From Lama guanicoe (taxonomy: Eukaryota), in assembly GCA_013239625.1 (NCBI GenBank), contig MU056765.1, positions 1,938,485 to 2,002,302 on the forward strand: 63,818 bases of DNA. The letters run 5' to 3'. The notes beneath the pieces are model-generated. The model was not told the DNA's origin. It saw only the letters and a list, made by a program, of their open reading frames with translations, and made no database searches. A program made the position numbers and the translations under genes. This document shows, piece after piece, positions 13,901-28,900 of this stretch (position 1 is the stretch's first letter; each line of letters starts with the position of its first letter).

Positions 13901-16900
13901 CCTCTGGTCTTCCGTTACTGTGGGATCCTTGTGTCTTACTGGTCTCCAGTGCAGACTGGGGAGAACTGGACGTCTTTATCGCTTACCATGAAACCTTTCC
14001 TAAAAATTTTTTTTTTTTTGACACTTCCTAATGATGTTTTCCAGAACTGCAGCTCTTCGGGAATCTCAGCAGGTTGCCCTGGATAGTGAGCTGCTGGACA
14101 TGATGCCCAAACAGTACGTTAATCGAGAAGAGCAGGCCACACTCCACTTGGAGTGCAGAGGCAGCGGTGGTAAGAAGTGCCAAGGGGCAGCGGTCGTAAC
14201 GGTTCAGGTGAGGTTACGTTTCTTCATAATTCAGAGAATTTCATTTGAGTCCCTAATGGTGGCTTATCATTGAGAAAGACTGAAAGGAGTACATAGTACA
14301 TCACCTGTGTCCCAAGACACCTAATAGTTTCTGGGAGAGCGAAGATACGCCCAGAGCTAATCACTTATTCCCGTAAGTGCCGACGAGTCCTACAAGGCGG
14401 GCAGCCAGAGAGAAATGAAGAGTGAAATCCCTGAGACGATTCTTAGAGCGAGGGGCTCAAGCTGATCCGTAAAAGACTTTGGTGATGGTAGTTTGGATTC
14501 AGTTCAAGGGAATGTGGGAGTGGGAGTCACCATGACTTCGTCTAGGGGTCATTGTCTAGATCAGTCTGTTTCAACTGTTTTTGGGAGTAGGGATAGAAAT
14601 TCACATTGGAAAGGGTAATCACTGGAAGCTCTGGCTGCATGTGGCAGACGGTGGGGAGCCACTGAGGACAAAGATGGGAGGGACACGAGGAAAGCAGGTC
14701 AGTTGGGTGGCGCTTGCCAACAGGCAGAAGTTGGATTTGCAACACTGTCAGGACTTTGGAACGAAAGTTTAGCCTTAACCAGCATGTCGTGGCACTTACT
14801 TTATGGCAGGCACTGTCTAAACACTTTACAGGACTTGATTTATCCTCACCACAGCACTCTGTGAGGTGGGTGTTTTTATTATCTGTATTTTCCAGATGAG
14901 GAAATAGAGGCATGGAGAGGTTAAGTTACACACCCAAGGTGACGCTGTCCGTGAGTGGCAAAGCCAGGAAGGCCTGGGCAGTCTGGCTGCAGGGCGCATG
15001 CTCCTTAATCACGACACCTCACTTTTTCTGCAAGGGAATTCAGTATTCCTAGAGCTGGGAAAGAAATGCTTGGAGATGGGCGCTAGCTGCTGCTTGACTG
15101 CACTTGCACAAAAATAGCTCCACTTTGGGTTAGCTTTTATGGATTGTGGGATTTATTTTACTGACTCTTGATTGTCTTTCAAAACTTTCCCTTCTTTTTT
15201 GTGCCAATCCACATTTTAACAGTTGTAATGTATTTTTCATCAGTCTCCTTAGGAGCCTCTTCTCTCGAAAATGTCTTTGAAATAATTTTTTATACTTGTA
15301 TTTTCATTACCTTCAAAATTCATTTCTGATTTTTTTTCCAACATAGTTGTATGCATCTAAAGTTAAGAAATTTGACCTGGAGTGTGAGATTCCTAAATAT
15401 TGAGATAATATCTTTGGCCAGCTGCCTTATAAAGTTAATTTTCTTTCTGTGTGTTTTTATCCCCCCAGTTGCTAATGCTTTAGTAAGACTAAGGTAGCGG
15501 TATTTTAGAAGGATCACTTACTAACATAATAAAGCAGGAAGAAAAGTTTGCCAGTGAGGGTGGAGTTTGAGTTGGTGGGAAAGAGGATGAAATGTATCCG
15601 ATTATTAAAAAAAAAAAAGGGCTGTCTAATTACCAATCTGTGTTTTTACAAATACAGTATTTTTCCATATTTTGAAATTACGTATCTTTGTCAGGCTGTT
15701 AAATCTGTTAAATAGAGAAGTGAATTCTCCTAAAATGGATTTTTGTAAGTGACTATTCAGGTAAATACAAAGAAATGTTTTTCCAATTCTGGCCAATAGC
15801 TTACTCTTTGAATAGTTGTAAATATTTGCTGTCCCAGCCAAAGAGCAGGTCCGAGGGCCTTGTCTCCTGTTTATTCTCAATGTCTTGCTGCGGAAAATAC
15901 CACGAGACCGACCTGAGAGCTTTAGCAGCCAGCCTACCGGGGTGTCTCTGTCCCTTTTCAGAAAAAAAGGGGTCATAGCCTTGATTTTTCTGAACCATTG
16001 AATTGAAATTTCTTTTATAACCTTTAGTTTGTTAATTCTGAAATAAAAAGGTACACCTTTTAAAAAATACCTTCTAAGTAACTTTGGAGGGAGATCAGAA
16101 AGATGATTTACGATAAGATTAAACTGAATATGGCTTAGACTTTGCTTTTACAGACAACACTAAAAATACTTATGCTTTCCTTTTTCAGAAGAACAATTGG
16201 CAGATGCTAAGACCACTTGAAGAAAGAAGTAAAAAACAAGAAAGGGCAGGCAGAGAAAAAAAGAGATTTTATAGACGCTTAAAGAATTTGAAAAATAGCG
16301 CTGTTTTACAGCCATAACCTCATTAGATTTATTCAAGTTTCCTTGAAGCACATTTTAATTTTCTGCTTGCCTTCCTTGTGGCCCTGTGCCCTGACTTTCA
16401 GTTTGGGAAGTCCCATCATTTCGAAAGCTCCCAAACTCCCGTTGACTCCTCCAAGTGTCCGTTTCAACGGTACTCCTTCAGCCGTTACTTTGCCTGATGA
16501 TGGAGATGTGCCAGGGGAATTAAAAATGTGAAGACAGCGAGCAGTTTTGTAGTCTGAGACTTAAATCTTTAGAAAGTTACATAGTAATTGCCGATTGCAG
16601 CTGTCCTGGGTGGTACTCACTGGTTGATACTTCTAGGAATTGAAGATAAAATTATTTTTTTTGGCTACTCTTTAATGGCTAAGAGCAGAGTAGAGGAAAG
16701 TTGAAACTCTAGCTGCCATGAAGTTGGGGCATTATCCATGCAAGTCACTTAGGTTTGCTCTGATTTTTGGTCAGAGATTGTGCTTGAGCCTAAAGCCATG
16801 TATCACGATGACTGTAGTTTGTGGGAGGAGAGGTTTTTGTCAGCTGGAGGGAAGGTGAATTCTGAGTGTTCATGGCTCATCAAGGTACTGTCCTGGGAGA

Positions 16901-19900
16901 GAGTGTTCCTACAGAAGGTAGGCTGTGTTATACATACATAAAACTGCATTTGACAACCTCATGGCTCTGACTAGTAGTTTTGATCCTGGCTGACGTCATT
17001 CTGGTGATATCTGGTGATGCCGAACATCATGAGGTCTCTTCTGGTCTCCCCGAATCTCTAGCCACTTCTCAGTTTCCCTCCAGGGTTCCTCTTCATCAGC
17101 TCAATGCTTGGATTGCTGGTTATGCTTGCTTCTGTTCCTGGTCCCCTTCTTCACTGTGATGCCGGCTGCTTTTGCCTTCTGTCTGTGCTGGACTTCTTCA
17201 TCTGTGGTTTGTGAATGGTCCTTAGTGGGCCAGTGAAGCCCCTGAAAGTGTGTAGAAAAATATTTTTCTGGTGAGTTCATAGATTCAGTCAATCCTTCAA
17301 CGTCCATGACCCTTGAAAGATTAATCCGTATGTTGATGACTCTTGTTCTGTTTCTCTGGTCCACGATTCTCTCTTGACTCCCAGATCTGGACTTGTACTT
17401 GCTACTTAATGTCCTATGAATGTCCCATAGGTCCCTCAAATTGCATAGGTCCCAAACTAATCTCACTTTGCCCATCAAACCTGTGTTTTCTGTAATTCCA
17501 CTTACCTGGGCTCCCAAGATGGAGACCCAGGCATCAGTGTCATCTCTTCCACTCCCTCCCCTCCTCCCCCCACCCGCCTACTTCCCATCTGGCTCCTTTC
17601 CAAGTCAGATTGGCTCCACCTCTGAAATGGCTCTGCGTGTATTCCTTCCTCTTTGTTTCTGTTGCCGTTGCCCTGTGGTCGGCCCACAACACTTCTCCCC
17701 TGAACTGACACCTTAGGCTTCCTGCCTATAGTCCCTTTCCCCTGTATAGTTCATTTGCCACCTTTCATCTTCTTTAAACACAAATCTGATCACATTTCCA
17801 GGCTAAAAACGCATATTGGTTATCTAGTATCTAAAAGAAATATGGCTCCTATGGCCCTCCATAATCTGTTCATGATCTTTTCCTAGTGACATCATTTACC
17901 CTCTCTCCCACTCCCCAGATGTTCTGTTTTCCAGCAGCTTAGACCTTTTCTGTTCTGCACACACGACATGCACAATCATGCCTTTGTCCTTAGGCTTGTA
18001 CTGTTATTTGTTCTCCCCACTCGTTCTAAGCTTCTGTGCATCCCCTTCAATCCTTGGACCAGGCAGCGTCTTTCCCTGGGGTTTCCCTTAACGCCTCTAG
18101 TCAGACTGAGTCACTCTCTCCTCTCATCACAGCCTGTGCATAGATGCTGTTGTAGTCACCTGCTGTTTTTCCTACCAGACTGTGACTTCTTTGGGAATAG
18201 AGTTCCTGTCCTTAGTCATCTGTGTACCTGTGCCACCCTGCATGGTCGTTGGCACATGCTGGGTACCCTTTAACATCCCCTGAATTCGTCAGGGGAAGCC
18301 ACAAGCACACCACTTGTCAGGTTGTGTTACAATTTGTTTTATATCATGATTAGTTCTGTAGCTGTTAATAGATTTTGAGTTAATGGAGGGCCAGGATCTT
18401 GTCTTTTTCATGTTTATGTTGTCAGTGCCTCACACAGTCATTGTCACAGAAGGGATGTGTTTAAAGAAATGAACAATGGATATAGACTCTTCGTAACTAA
18501 TCTCCCTGATTTTAACCTCTTTTTGGAACTTTGTTGATACTATTTGGGTGTGGAAGACGTCATGGAAGTTGGAACTTTTTCCTGCTAGAAATTAGCAGTC
18601 ACTTTTGATCCTGTGTATTACCTTTGGTCAATTTAATGCTTAATTGGCCAACTTAATGCTTTCCATCTTGATTTAAACACCACACACTGCTCCACTTACC
18701 TTTTCACTGTAATACAAGTGTCTCCAAGGCATTTGAACTTGGAAAACACTAGGATGGTCATACTTCAATGCACTGCCTTAAATGTCAGCCCTGTTCAGAG
18801 TATTTCTTAGCCCATGCTTAGGCACTCTCGTATCCCAGGTCATATGCTAGGGGCTTAGCTTATGTTATTTCATTTAAGCTTCGCAGAGTGAGGATGAGGA
18901 AGCAGGTTCAGAGAGGGGTGGAAACTTGCCAAGACACACAGCTAGTAAGTGTCTCAGTTGGAATTCAAGCCCAGGTTTTTAAAATTTAAGATTCATGCTT
19001 TTCCATTCAGTATTGGGGAATGGCCAAGCCATTTGCTTTAGCTTTTTCAGCTCTAATTTCAAAAGACTAGCTGATCATGACAGTCAGATCTCATTTGAAT
19101 TAACATGTGTAGGTTTTTCTTTCTGAGTTAGTGTGATAGAACTGCTGCTTTTTCAGTGATTAGAGAATTCATGGATTGGATCAGTTTTTAAAGTCAACTT
19201 CATGGGAAATGATCTTATATTTCAAGTACGAATTTTAAATTTTAAACTCTAAACACGTTAAATGTATTTTAAAAATAACTTTCAATGGCTCATTTGTAAA
19301 GATTTCACATTATATCATGAAAGTGTTTTATTACTTAATAGCATTTTTCTGTGAGGGAAAGCCCTGGAAATTTCCAGCCATCTGCAAATGTTTGAACTAT
19401 GTATAGCTTGTTTGGGGTATACAAAAGCCAAATGTGTTTTATGGGAAGTGAGACGTGCCTCTTCTGTGGTTGCCTCTCCTAATAAAAGCCTCTAATAATT
19501 CAGTGATATTCCCTAAGGAAATGGGGTGATTTATAATAGGGTTCCTTCTGTTGTACTTGGGTATTGTGGGGCATGTTTGCTGGACCCAGGATTGATTTAT
19601 TATCCTGTGAAAAGTTTGCTCATTCCTAGAAATGAAAGCTGGAAAAGACCCACAGAGGGCCTCACGTTACTGTGAAAACTTGCTGAAGCACATTCTGTGC
19701 CCAACTTCTGAATTTCTCTGTCTGCTCAAAGTGGCTCAAGTGGAGGGGCTTCTAACATGCTGCTTGCTGCTGCTGCCTACAGCTTCTTGTAATTATGAGC
19801 TGGTAGACGTCCAATCTCTCCCACCTCCGTTCTTGTAAGAAACGAAAACTTTTAACAGTGGTGGGAAAAATAAGCAAAAATAAGTAGACTAGGAAATGAT

Positions 19901-22900
19901 GATAATTTGGGGCTGTTTTTTGGTGAGAAAGTCTAAACTGTTCTAAACTAGTCGGCTTTCTTTTATTATTCAGCATCTGTAGTTTTTACAACATGGGGTG
20001 GCAGTTTTGAAGTTTGAGTTCCAACGTGGTTTTAGTCTTGTCTCTGCCTTTCCCAGTCTAGCGAACCTCTGTTCTTTCTTACAGAAAGGCGTTTCTTTCT
20101 GCTTCACTTCATTCTTACTGTCTTCTTTTCTCCTCTAAGATCCTCTCTCTTCCTCTGTTAGGCTACTTTCTCTCCAGGCCAGTCAAGTGACCCTTAAAGA
20201 CCCAGCCTTTTGTAGTCGGTGACATGTGGGCAAAAAGCTGGCTGCACATCCTCCTAGAATCACATTTTGGGCTGTTAAACATTGGCCTGTTATTTGAAAG
20301 ATTTGAAATATAAATATTTGTTTTGATTCATTATGTGGGGGTTTTTTTTGCCCTAATTTTTAAAAAATTAGATTCAGCAGAAACAAAATTACTCCAGTAA
20401 ATTGCTTTAAAAGTTTCAAAATGCTTTCCATCCATGTCAGATCTTGTGTCCTCCCAGACCCCTAACATGGTGTTAGTAAAATATGATTCAGGCGCTGGTC
20501 TAAGGACTGCACTCTGAGTAGCGGTGGAAAAAACCTGTTTGATGGTGCATCTTATTCAGTCAGCAGAACCTGGTTCAAAATCTGGCTGCATTGGCACTAG
20601 CTAGGTAGCTGTCAAAAGGTCACGTAACCTTTCTAACCCTCAGTGTACTCGTTTGAATCAGGTAAAGCATATCTATGCTTGGGCCTTTTATGAGAACTCA
20701 ATGTACTAACCCCACAGGAAGCACGTTGAATAATATAGTCAGTACATTTACACTCATTATGTGGTTTAATGGAAGTAATTTACTTTTTTTAATCTTTTGT
20801 TTCTCCAGTAGTAAAACTTAAATTGTTGTTAACATGATACGTTCTTGGATATTCACTTATATGCCGTTTGATTCATAATAATAGTTTATTTTTTCTTTAA
20901 AACAACAAGTTTTGTAAAGATTTTTTGCACAACATTGGTGAGTTTTATGGAAGAAAGTTATCACCATGATCTTGAGAGTAGGTGCTCAGTGTATCATCTG
21001 TCCGAGTTGTGCCGCACTGGGCTGCTGGGTAGAGCAGAGTAAACAGGACCATTGGTCAGGGACTTTTGATCTGGAAATTTATGAGGGGACATAAAGGATT
21101 CAGTTGAGTAAGCTGATGAATTAAATAATTACATTATTTATAAACAAAGGATACCTACAATCACTGTAGTGGTGGCTGAGACCTCAGGATTTAAAATCCC
21201 TGCCTTCTAAGTGTTCTGGTCTCTTCAGCATTTCCTGCCAGGCCTGCAAGATAAGTCCAAATTCCCTAGCCTGTTTTAAAGTTCTCCCCAAGACAGGACC
21301 CCGTGCTCCCCGGTCTGATTGCACTGCACTCTTCAGCCCCGACCCCGACCTGGTTAAACTTCTCCTTGCTGTCCCCCTGTCCCCAACAAACGCCACATTG
21401 GTTCTGCCTCTGTGTTGCAACCTGGGCCTCGGATAATCTCTGCATCTATCTACATCCAAAAAAGAACGTTGAAAGTACACAAACAAAGCAGTCACCATAT
21501 AGGCCACCATCAGTTAATTAGAGAAAAGGATATTAACAACCCTCTCATATAGGAAGGGCATAATCTTAAATAAAGGATAGGTTTTAAATTGAAATAAATT
21601 CACTTATTTATTTTTTTTAAAGCTCAAGAAATTCTCTTCTTTTTCACCTCTTTGCTGAGAAGCAATAAAAATTTTTTCAAAGACCAGCTTTCAGGAACCA
21701 CTGAATTTAGTCAGTTGCTTCTAGGCATGCAGCTGATTCAGGCACTTCCCATATTTTGTCTTATTTTTGGTGGTTTTATAAGTATATATTCTTCCTTTAA
21801 AAATGGCAAATGTTTTATTAACAGATTTGTGGCGTCTTCTTTTTATGTTTGGTACACATGAGACATGCAGCCCGAGAGTTTTGAGGTGAATTATGTGTGC
21901 TTCTGAATTAGGAGAACAGAGAGGGGTTATGGCTCTGGGGACGGGGGGAGGGTGCAGCAGAGGAGGGGCCTTGGTGTGCTTCAGAGGAAGCCTCGGGTGG
22001 AAGACTTCAAATGTATTTTTGATGAGAATTTTAGAGTTGAAGCATAAATGACGCAGATTGCAGCCTACAAAAGACTTGAAACAGCAGTAAACTAATTCAA
22101 GCTGATTCTTCATGAAAAACTGGAGATTCTTGATTAAGTTTTTTGGCATTTTTTTCCCCATCCCTCTGAGGATCAAACTGCGACTTTTGAATTATAGTAT
22201 TAGTTGTAATAATATTTCCTTCATCAAATACTTAATGTATTTTTTTAAATATATATTATTATTGAAGTAGAGTCAGTTTACAATGTTGTGTCAGTTTCTG
22301 GTGTACAGCACAGTGCTTCAGCCTTACATGAACATACATATATTCATTCTCATATTCTTTTTCACCATAAGTTACTCCAAGATATTGAATATAGTTTCCT
22401 GTGCTATATAGTATAAACTTGCTGTTTATCTATTTTATAGATAGTAGTTAGTATCTGCAAATCTCGAACTCCCAATTTATCCCTCCCCCCCACTTTCCCC
22501 CCGGTAACCATAAGTTTGTTTTCTGTGTCTGTGAGTCTGTTTCTAAATATATTTGTAATAAAATATCTGCTCTAGAAACCTGGAGGAGCAGATCAATCTG
22601 TTGACCACTTTAATTTTTGTTAGTTTGAAGGTATGCACAAGAATGAAGCAGTAAGCCAACAGCTTCATGTTCTGCGAAAAGAAGTGAAGCAGTTGCAAGC
22701 AGAAGCTGCTAAGCCACCATCACTTAATGTTGTGGAAACCGCTGTGCATGCAGAAAACTTGATCACGTAAGTTTTGAAGGCACTGTAATTTAAAATACTA
22801 TTTTGCTATTATTGATAGTAATCATACATGCTACTACACCCCCTAGACACCCACTAATTAGTACAGGGATCAGCAGCTTTTGGACCAAATCTGACCTGCC

Positions 22901-25900
22901 ATTTTATTTGTATAAATAAAGTTTTATTGGAACTCAGCCATGCCCATTTTCTTACTTAATGTGTATGGCTTTTATGTGACAATGGCAGAATTGAGTAGTG
23001 ACAATTTATGGGCTATAAAGCATAAAATATTTACTGTTTGGCCCTTTATAGAATAATTTTGCTGACCCTTGAGTTAGGAGATTATACAGTGCTTTGGAAT
23101 TCAATCATGAAGAGTTCTAGTGCTTAAGTTTTATATTAAAGTCATATTTACCTAGGAAATCATCATTGTCAATTCAGATTATTGAGCAAGGTTTGCAGTG
23201 GAATTGCTCGGGGGAACTAGGGCTCTCAAGTGTGGCTGGCAGCTTGTATTTGGCCCTTATGGTTTCTCTAGGAACTCCTGGCTTACTCTCATCCTCCTCT
23301 TTCTTCCCAAAGCCACCAGGACATTACCTGGGAGAGGGCAGTTTGACTCTGCCTTTTACTTTAAGGTGACTGCACATGCTGGTACCAGCAGCTAATCCCC
23401 CAGCAGATAGCGACGATGGTGTGGGTGGGGGCATTAAGACCCTTTGTGGATTGGCTTGAGGGGCCTGGGAAAGAGCAGGAGATAAGGTGAACAAGATGTT
23501 GATGTTTATTTTTCTAGGAAAGGAACTCAAATAAGAGTGAGAATTACAAGAGCTATCTTTTATTCTAGGATCTTACTCTGTACAAAAATCTTTTCTTTTT
23601 AACCTAAGTCTGTGTTTTGGAGTTTAAAATTTAGAAAAATCTGGGTTCTTATTTTTAAAAATATGTGTTATGTAAGGAAGTTACCAAATTAAATAACAAC
23701 TTATGAATTACATATAAAATATAAAAATATTTAATAAGTTAATTAGCCTTTATAATACAGGTGATTTTTTTTCCTCTAGAGAGGCATAAAATATAATTTC
23801 TGTGTATTGAAAATAAGTTGTTGGGTCATGTTGAAAGATCCTCACCCCATGAAATATTTCTAAAGTGATACTCATATGGGACTCTGAGGACTCTTAAGAA
23901 TGTTGCCTGCAAAATGTAGAGAATCAGGGAAACGCTCATGAGTCTGAATTCTCTTACTGTAGACCAATAGCCTTACCTGCGTTTTCCCACAGGGCCTTGG
24001 TGAATGCCTACCAGTCACAGCCCACCCCCGGGGTTCAGAAGGTTGGCATCAGCCTCTTCTTCACTGTCGTGGATTATGTCAGCGATGAGACCCAGCGTCA
24101 CCCTCCCACAAGGCAGTTCTTTACTTCATGCATTGAGATCTTGGGACAGGTAAGTTTATCTTATGTTTTCAGCCTTATTCGCATATGTTGGGTCCCCATA
24201 GTGTCCTCTTTAGATATAGGGAGGGTTGACTCTAGACTTACAGGTTCAGAGTCTTAATCAAAGTTAGAAGCCGCTTTGAATTGTTGATTTCTCAGGATGT
24301 GGTTAGAATTGTTGATACAGAATTCTATTAATATTTGAAAGTCTCTGAGGGGACATCAAATTCTATCAAATGCTGTTGGTGTTAATGGTAATACTACTGA
24401 AGCTCTTTATTGCTCAAAAGATGCTTTTTGATTCAGTATTTTGTTTTATTTTCACAGTGACTCTATGTGATTGATATCATTTTCATCTTAAAGATGAGGA
24501 AACTGATTTCTTAAAGATTAAGTGACTTGTCTAAAGAATACAGCTGGTGAGTGCTGGAGCTGAGCCAGAATCCCAGGTCCTCCTTCAGTGCTCGCTCCAC
24601 CTCTCTACTGCTGCCTCCCCGTTGCTACTCACCATTTATTTATTTATTTGTGTTACTATTAAATATATTGATATTTAGCAAGGGCAAGGGCTGTGTACCC
24701 AGGCAGATTTATGAAATGTGTCATAAAAGAAAGGAAGGCCACTTGCCGGAAAGTATGTAAATTAACCATGTCGTCTCACCCAAATTCAATCAAGTGAGTA
24801 CTTATGTATTGGATACTTTTAGGGAGGTGATGCTGAGCAGATATTAAAATAGATTTTTTTAGAATAGTTTTTTCCTGATTATAAAATTGATGTGTGCTTA
24901 TTATAAGCAATGCAAAGTATGTAAAAAGTATAAAGAAGAAAAATTTCTCATAATCCTAATCTCCTGGAGATACTGGTTATATAGCTAACATCTCTTTATA
25001 GTTTGTTCTTGTGTGTCTGTGTGTATGTGTAAACATGATATATCACTCCTATATGTAGATACAGAGATACACACTCAAAAACTGGCACATACTATTTTAT
25101 AACCTGCTTTTTTCATTCAGGCACACGTTTTAGACATTACTCCTTGATAATAAATACAGACCTATATCATGATATTTAATGTATAGCGTCTCATGGTACA
25201 GATAGACTGTAATGTATTGAGCCAGTGCCCTATGAATGAATATTGTTTGTTTTGCTACAGTAAGCCTGAGATAAATATTTTTACATATTTTTGTGAAATT
25301 GTTGGATTATTTTTTCTAGGATAATTTCCTGGAAGTACGATCACTGGGTCAAAGGGTCTGACACTTGGTGTATATTGTCACACTGCCCTCCTGGGAAGTT
25401 TGTACTTATTTATACTATAAGAGGAGGGTTTCTGTTCTTTATTATTCTTCATGTTAGAACTAACATTAGGAATGGTCATTCTTTTTGTCCTGCTAATCTA
25501 ATAGGGGAAGTGGTGCTTTGTGATATTTTAAGTTGTTTTTCTTTAAGTGCTTGTTAAGTTGCATGGCTTTTCAAATAATTATTGGTCATTTAATTATTGT
25601 TTATGGTTTCCTGGTTATTGTCTTTAGCACATTTTCTGTTGGAGAGCTTCTTGTTTTTTGATTGTTTTGAAAGACCTCCTTAGACTATTATTAACCTGGT
25701 ATCTGGAATTTTTCTACTTTGTCACTTTTCTCTAATTTTATGATACTTTTTGCCTTATAGAAATTAAAATTTTTTTTACATATTCAAATCTATTGGTCTT
25801 GTCCTTTATTATTTTTGCCTGTGGTCAAGCTTATCAAAGCTTTCCTGACCCTGAGATTATTTAAATATTTACTTATATTCTAGTACTTTTAAACACTAGA

Positions 25901-28900
25901 ACTGAGTTAAAGCAAGATGAAGTTATCTTAAGTGTATGTATATTAACTGTGAAAGTTAGCTTTTTAAAAGTATGAGAAACACGTCTCAGTAAAATCTATA
26001 AATGAGAAGTTTTTTTTTGACATAATACAGAATTACCTTGAATACTTGGTAGTCGTAGTAGGTACATTGCAAATTTATGAATTCAAACTATCCTAGTATT
26101 TTAATCTTTTAAAAATCTTCTATGGTTTGTCCAAATAAAATGAATGGGTTATCCAAAAACCTTAATATCACTTACATAGGAAGTGATAGGTTTATCTATG
26201 TTGATTTTAGATTTCTTGTGATTATTTCATATTTCCATTTAGAAAAAATTCTGTTGGCCTTATATACTCCTCCTCGAAACTTGATTGCTTAAACGAAAGT
26301 TGAGGGGAGAATTTGGTGACATCTTCCCTTTTCAACTCTTGCAAGGTGTTCATCAGTGGCACTAAATCCGAATGCAGGAAGGTGCTTCAGACCATCCTGA
26401 AGAACCAGAGGCTCTGCTCTCTTTTGTCCCCCTTCTTCACTCCCAACGCAGCACCTGCGGAGTTCATACAGCTGTATGAGAAGGTGGTGAAGTTTCTAAG
26501 TGAGGACAACAGTGACATGACTTTCATGCTGCTCACCAAGGTGAGATGCACTTCAGTCCTGACGTCATCATGGAAATGTAGGCACTGCTGCTGTTTCCAG
26601 CCCCGCAGAAATACACGGCCCTTGGAGCTCTGCCTCTGGGTGGACTGGAGGCCGACAGGCCCCTTTTCACATTTGATACTATCTTCAAGTCGTCTGATCT
26701 CACGGCTGCTGCTTCTGGGGGCGTTGGTTATGTTGTGTGTGTCTGGGGGCAGTCTTACACCAACCGCATAGGACTAAAGGACCAACTCCCAAACCCTCTT
26801 TAAAAGCTTGATACAGTTTTGAAATATTCATAGCAATAATTTAGTACATCCTTCTTTTGAATATATCCTGACTTGATGCATTAACTGTGTTTGATAACTG
26901 AGTGGTACTATGTCAGAATCTCTCAGACATAGAATAGCCAGATCTAAGCAAATTGCCTTTGTCTTATTCTGGATAGAAAATTATCAACTCAGACCAAGGC
27001 TGTGAATTTACTTAACCAGTTGAGAATTTCAGAGCCTCACCTATTTTGCATTCAACTGTATTTCTCTGACATGTATGAATCATAAAACCTGAGCAATTTT
27101 TAAGGCCTGGAGGCTGATCTCAGTGTAATGGGGGAGAACATGTTTTAGAGTTTGGGATTCTGGAAGGTGATATCAACACCCTGAATTTTCATGAACTGAT
27201 GCAAACTCAGAAACACGACCATTAGATGGGGACAGTTCGATAAAGCATGTTTGTGGCACTGTGGCTGGTGAAGGAGAACCACAAAGTTCTGACCCTTGTC
27301 TTGTAGGGAAAACTTACCAACCAGATTTTAAATTACAAAAAAGCACATAGAGCTGAGAACACTCTGTAATCCCAGGAGTGAAGTAGGGGTGAGGCCCAGT
27401 GTCACTGTCTGTTACTGAACTGCCTAGATTCCTTTTAGTATGTAAATTTTAGTTTCAATCTTCATAAAAAGCTAAATGCTGGGTAGCTTGATTTTCAAAC
27501 TAAATTTGCACATAGCTTGCTCTGTTTCAGTTAATTTTCTAGTGTAAATAAANNNNNNNNNNNNNNNNNNNNNNNNNNNNNNNNNNNNNNNNNNNNNNNN
27601 NNNNNNNNNNNNNNNNNNNNNNNNNNNNNNNNNNNNNNNNNNNNNNNNNNNNNNNNNNNNNNNNNNNNNNNNNNNNNNNNNNNNNNNNNNNNNNNNNNNN
27701 NNNNNNNNNNNNNNNNNNNNNNNNNNNNNNNNNNNNNNNNNNNNNNNNCAGTTCCCTGACCAGTACAGTGACATTCTCAGGCTGCTGATGCAAAGTAAGT
27801 ATCTTTTAATTGTGACTGAATAGATCACCGTGAATATTTAATGTGACACTTACTATTGTACAGATGTCATCCAAAAATGTAAAAATAATACAAGCCTGCA
27901 GGAGGTTAGGCTCACTAATTTTCACCTAGAGTGCTCAATGAACAAGAGTGCCCAAGAAGTCGCTGTCTATAGAAATGGTCAGTTATTGTCCTAAATGTTA
28001 GAATGAGCCCTAATTGGGCAGGACAGCACTCAGACATTGGGGTTGGAGTCCATAGACATGTACCCACCGCCCCTTTACCTTGACTTTGCACCTGCCCTGC
28101 ACCAGGGTGGGATGGATGTGGGCCTGTTTATTACTTTGGTGATAACACATTTGGGAAGGGAAGGAAGTTGCTCTTTTACAATATGCTTAAAATGCCAGTT
28201 GGTTTCTCTGTAGTTCCAAAATGAGTGAATAAATTTGGGTTGTTTTTTTTTTCCCCCCTAAGTTTTGGACTCTTATTTTTTTGCAAATGAATTTTATACA
28301 TTGTATTTATGTTAGTCAAGAGAAAGAGCAGCATTGAATGTTCCACTTTCCCACCATTTCCATCCACCTCCTGCAGTTTGCCGTCGGAGTTGTTGAGATG
28401 AGAAGAAAAAGAAAGGGTGTAGGCTTTTTTATTTTTGGAATTTTGCTAAGCAGGGATTTTACTGAGATTTAAAAAAAAAGATAGTACTTACTTTTTTTCA
28501 TGCAAACTCCATACTGTTTCCAGATGTAATGGAAAAGTAAATTTTGCTTTATTCCAAATCTTTGTGTTACTTCATAGAAATAGTTTTATTGAATAATGAT
28601 CATATGTATTGGACCCCCTGAAGAGAACTGAAATGTATGGTCTCACTTTCAAAGCACTTCGAGCTTTCATTGTTTCCTACAGAGGGAAGATGAGGGTGGG
28701 TGGAGAATGGGGGTAGGGAAATGTATAATTTTTTTATTTTATTTTATTGAGTTATAGTCAGTTTACAATGTTGTGTCAATTTCCAGTGTAGAGCACAATT
28801 TTTCATTTATACATGAACGTAACACATATTGATTTTCACATTCTTTTTTACCGTGAGCTATCACAAGATCTTGTATTTATTTCCCTGTGCTACACAGTAT

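Noticed and set aside
27553-27748. EPG5 exon loss or pseudogenisation
   Set aside because: The exon's 3' end and donor are intact, phases match, and the gap is large enough to hold the missing codons.
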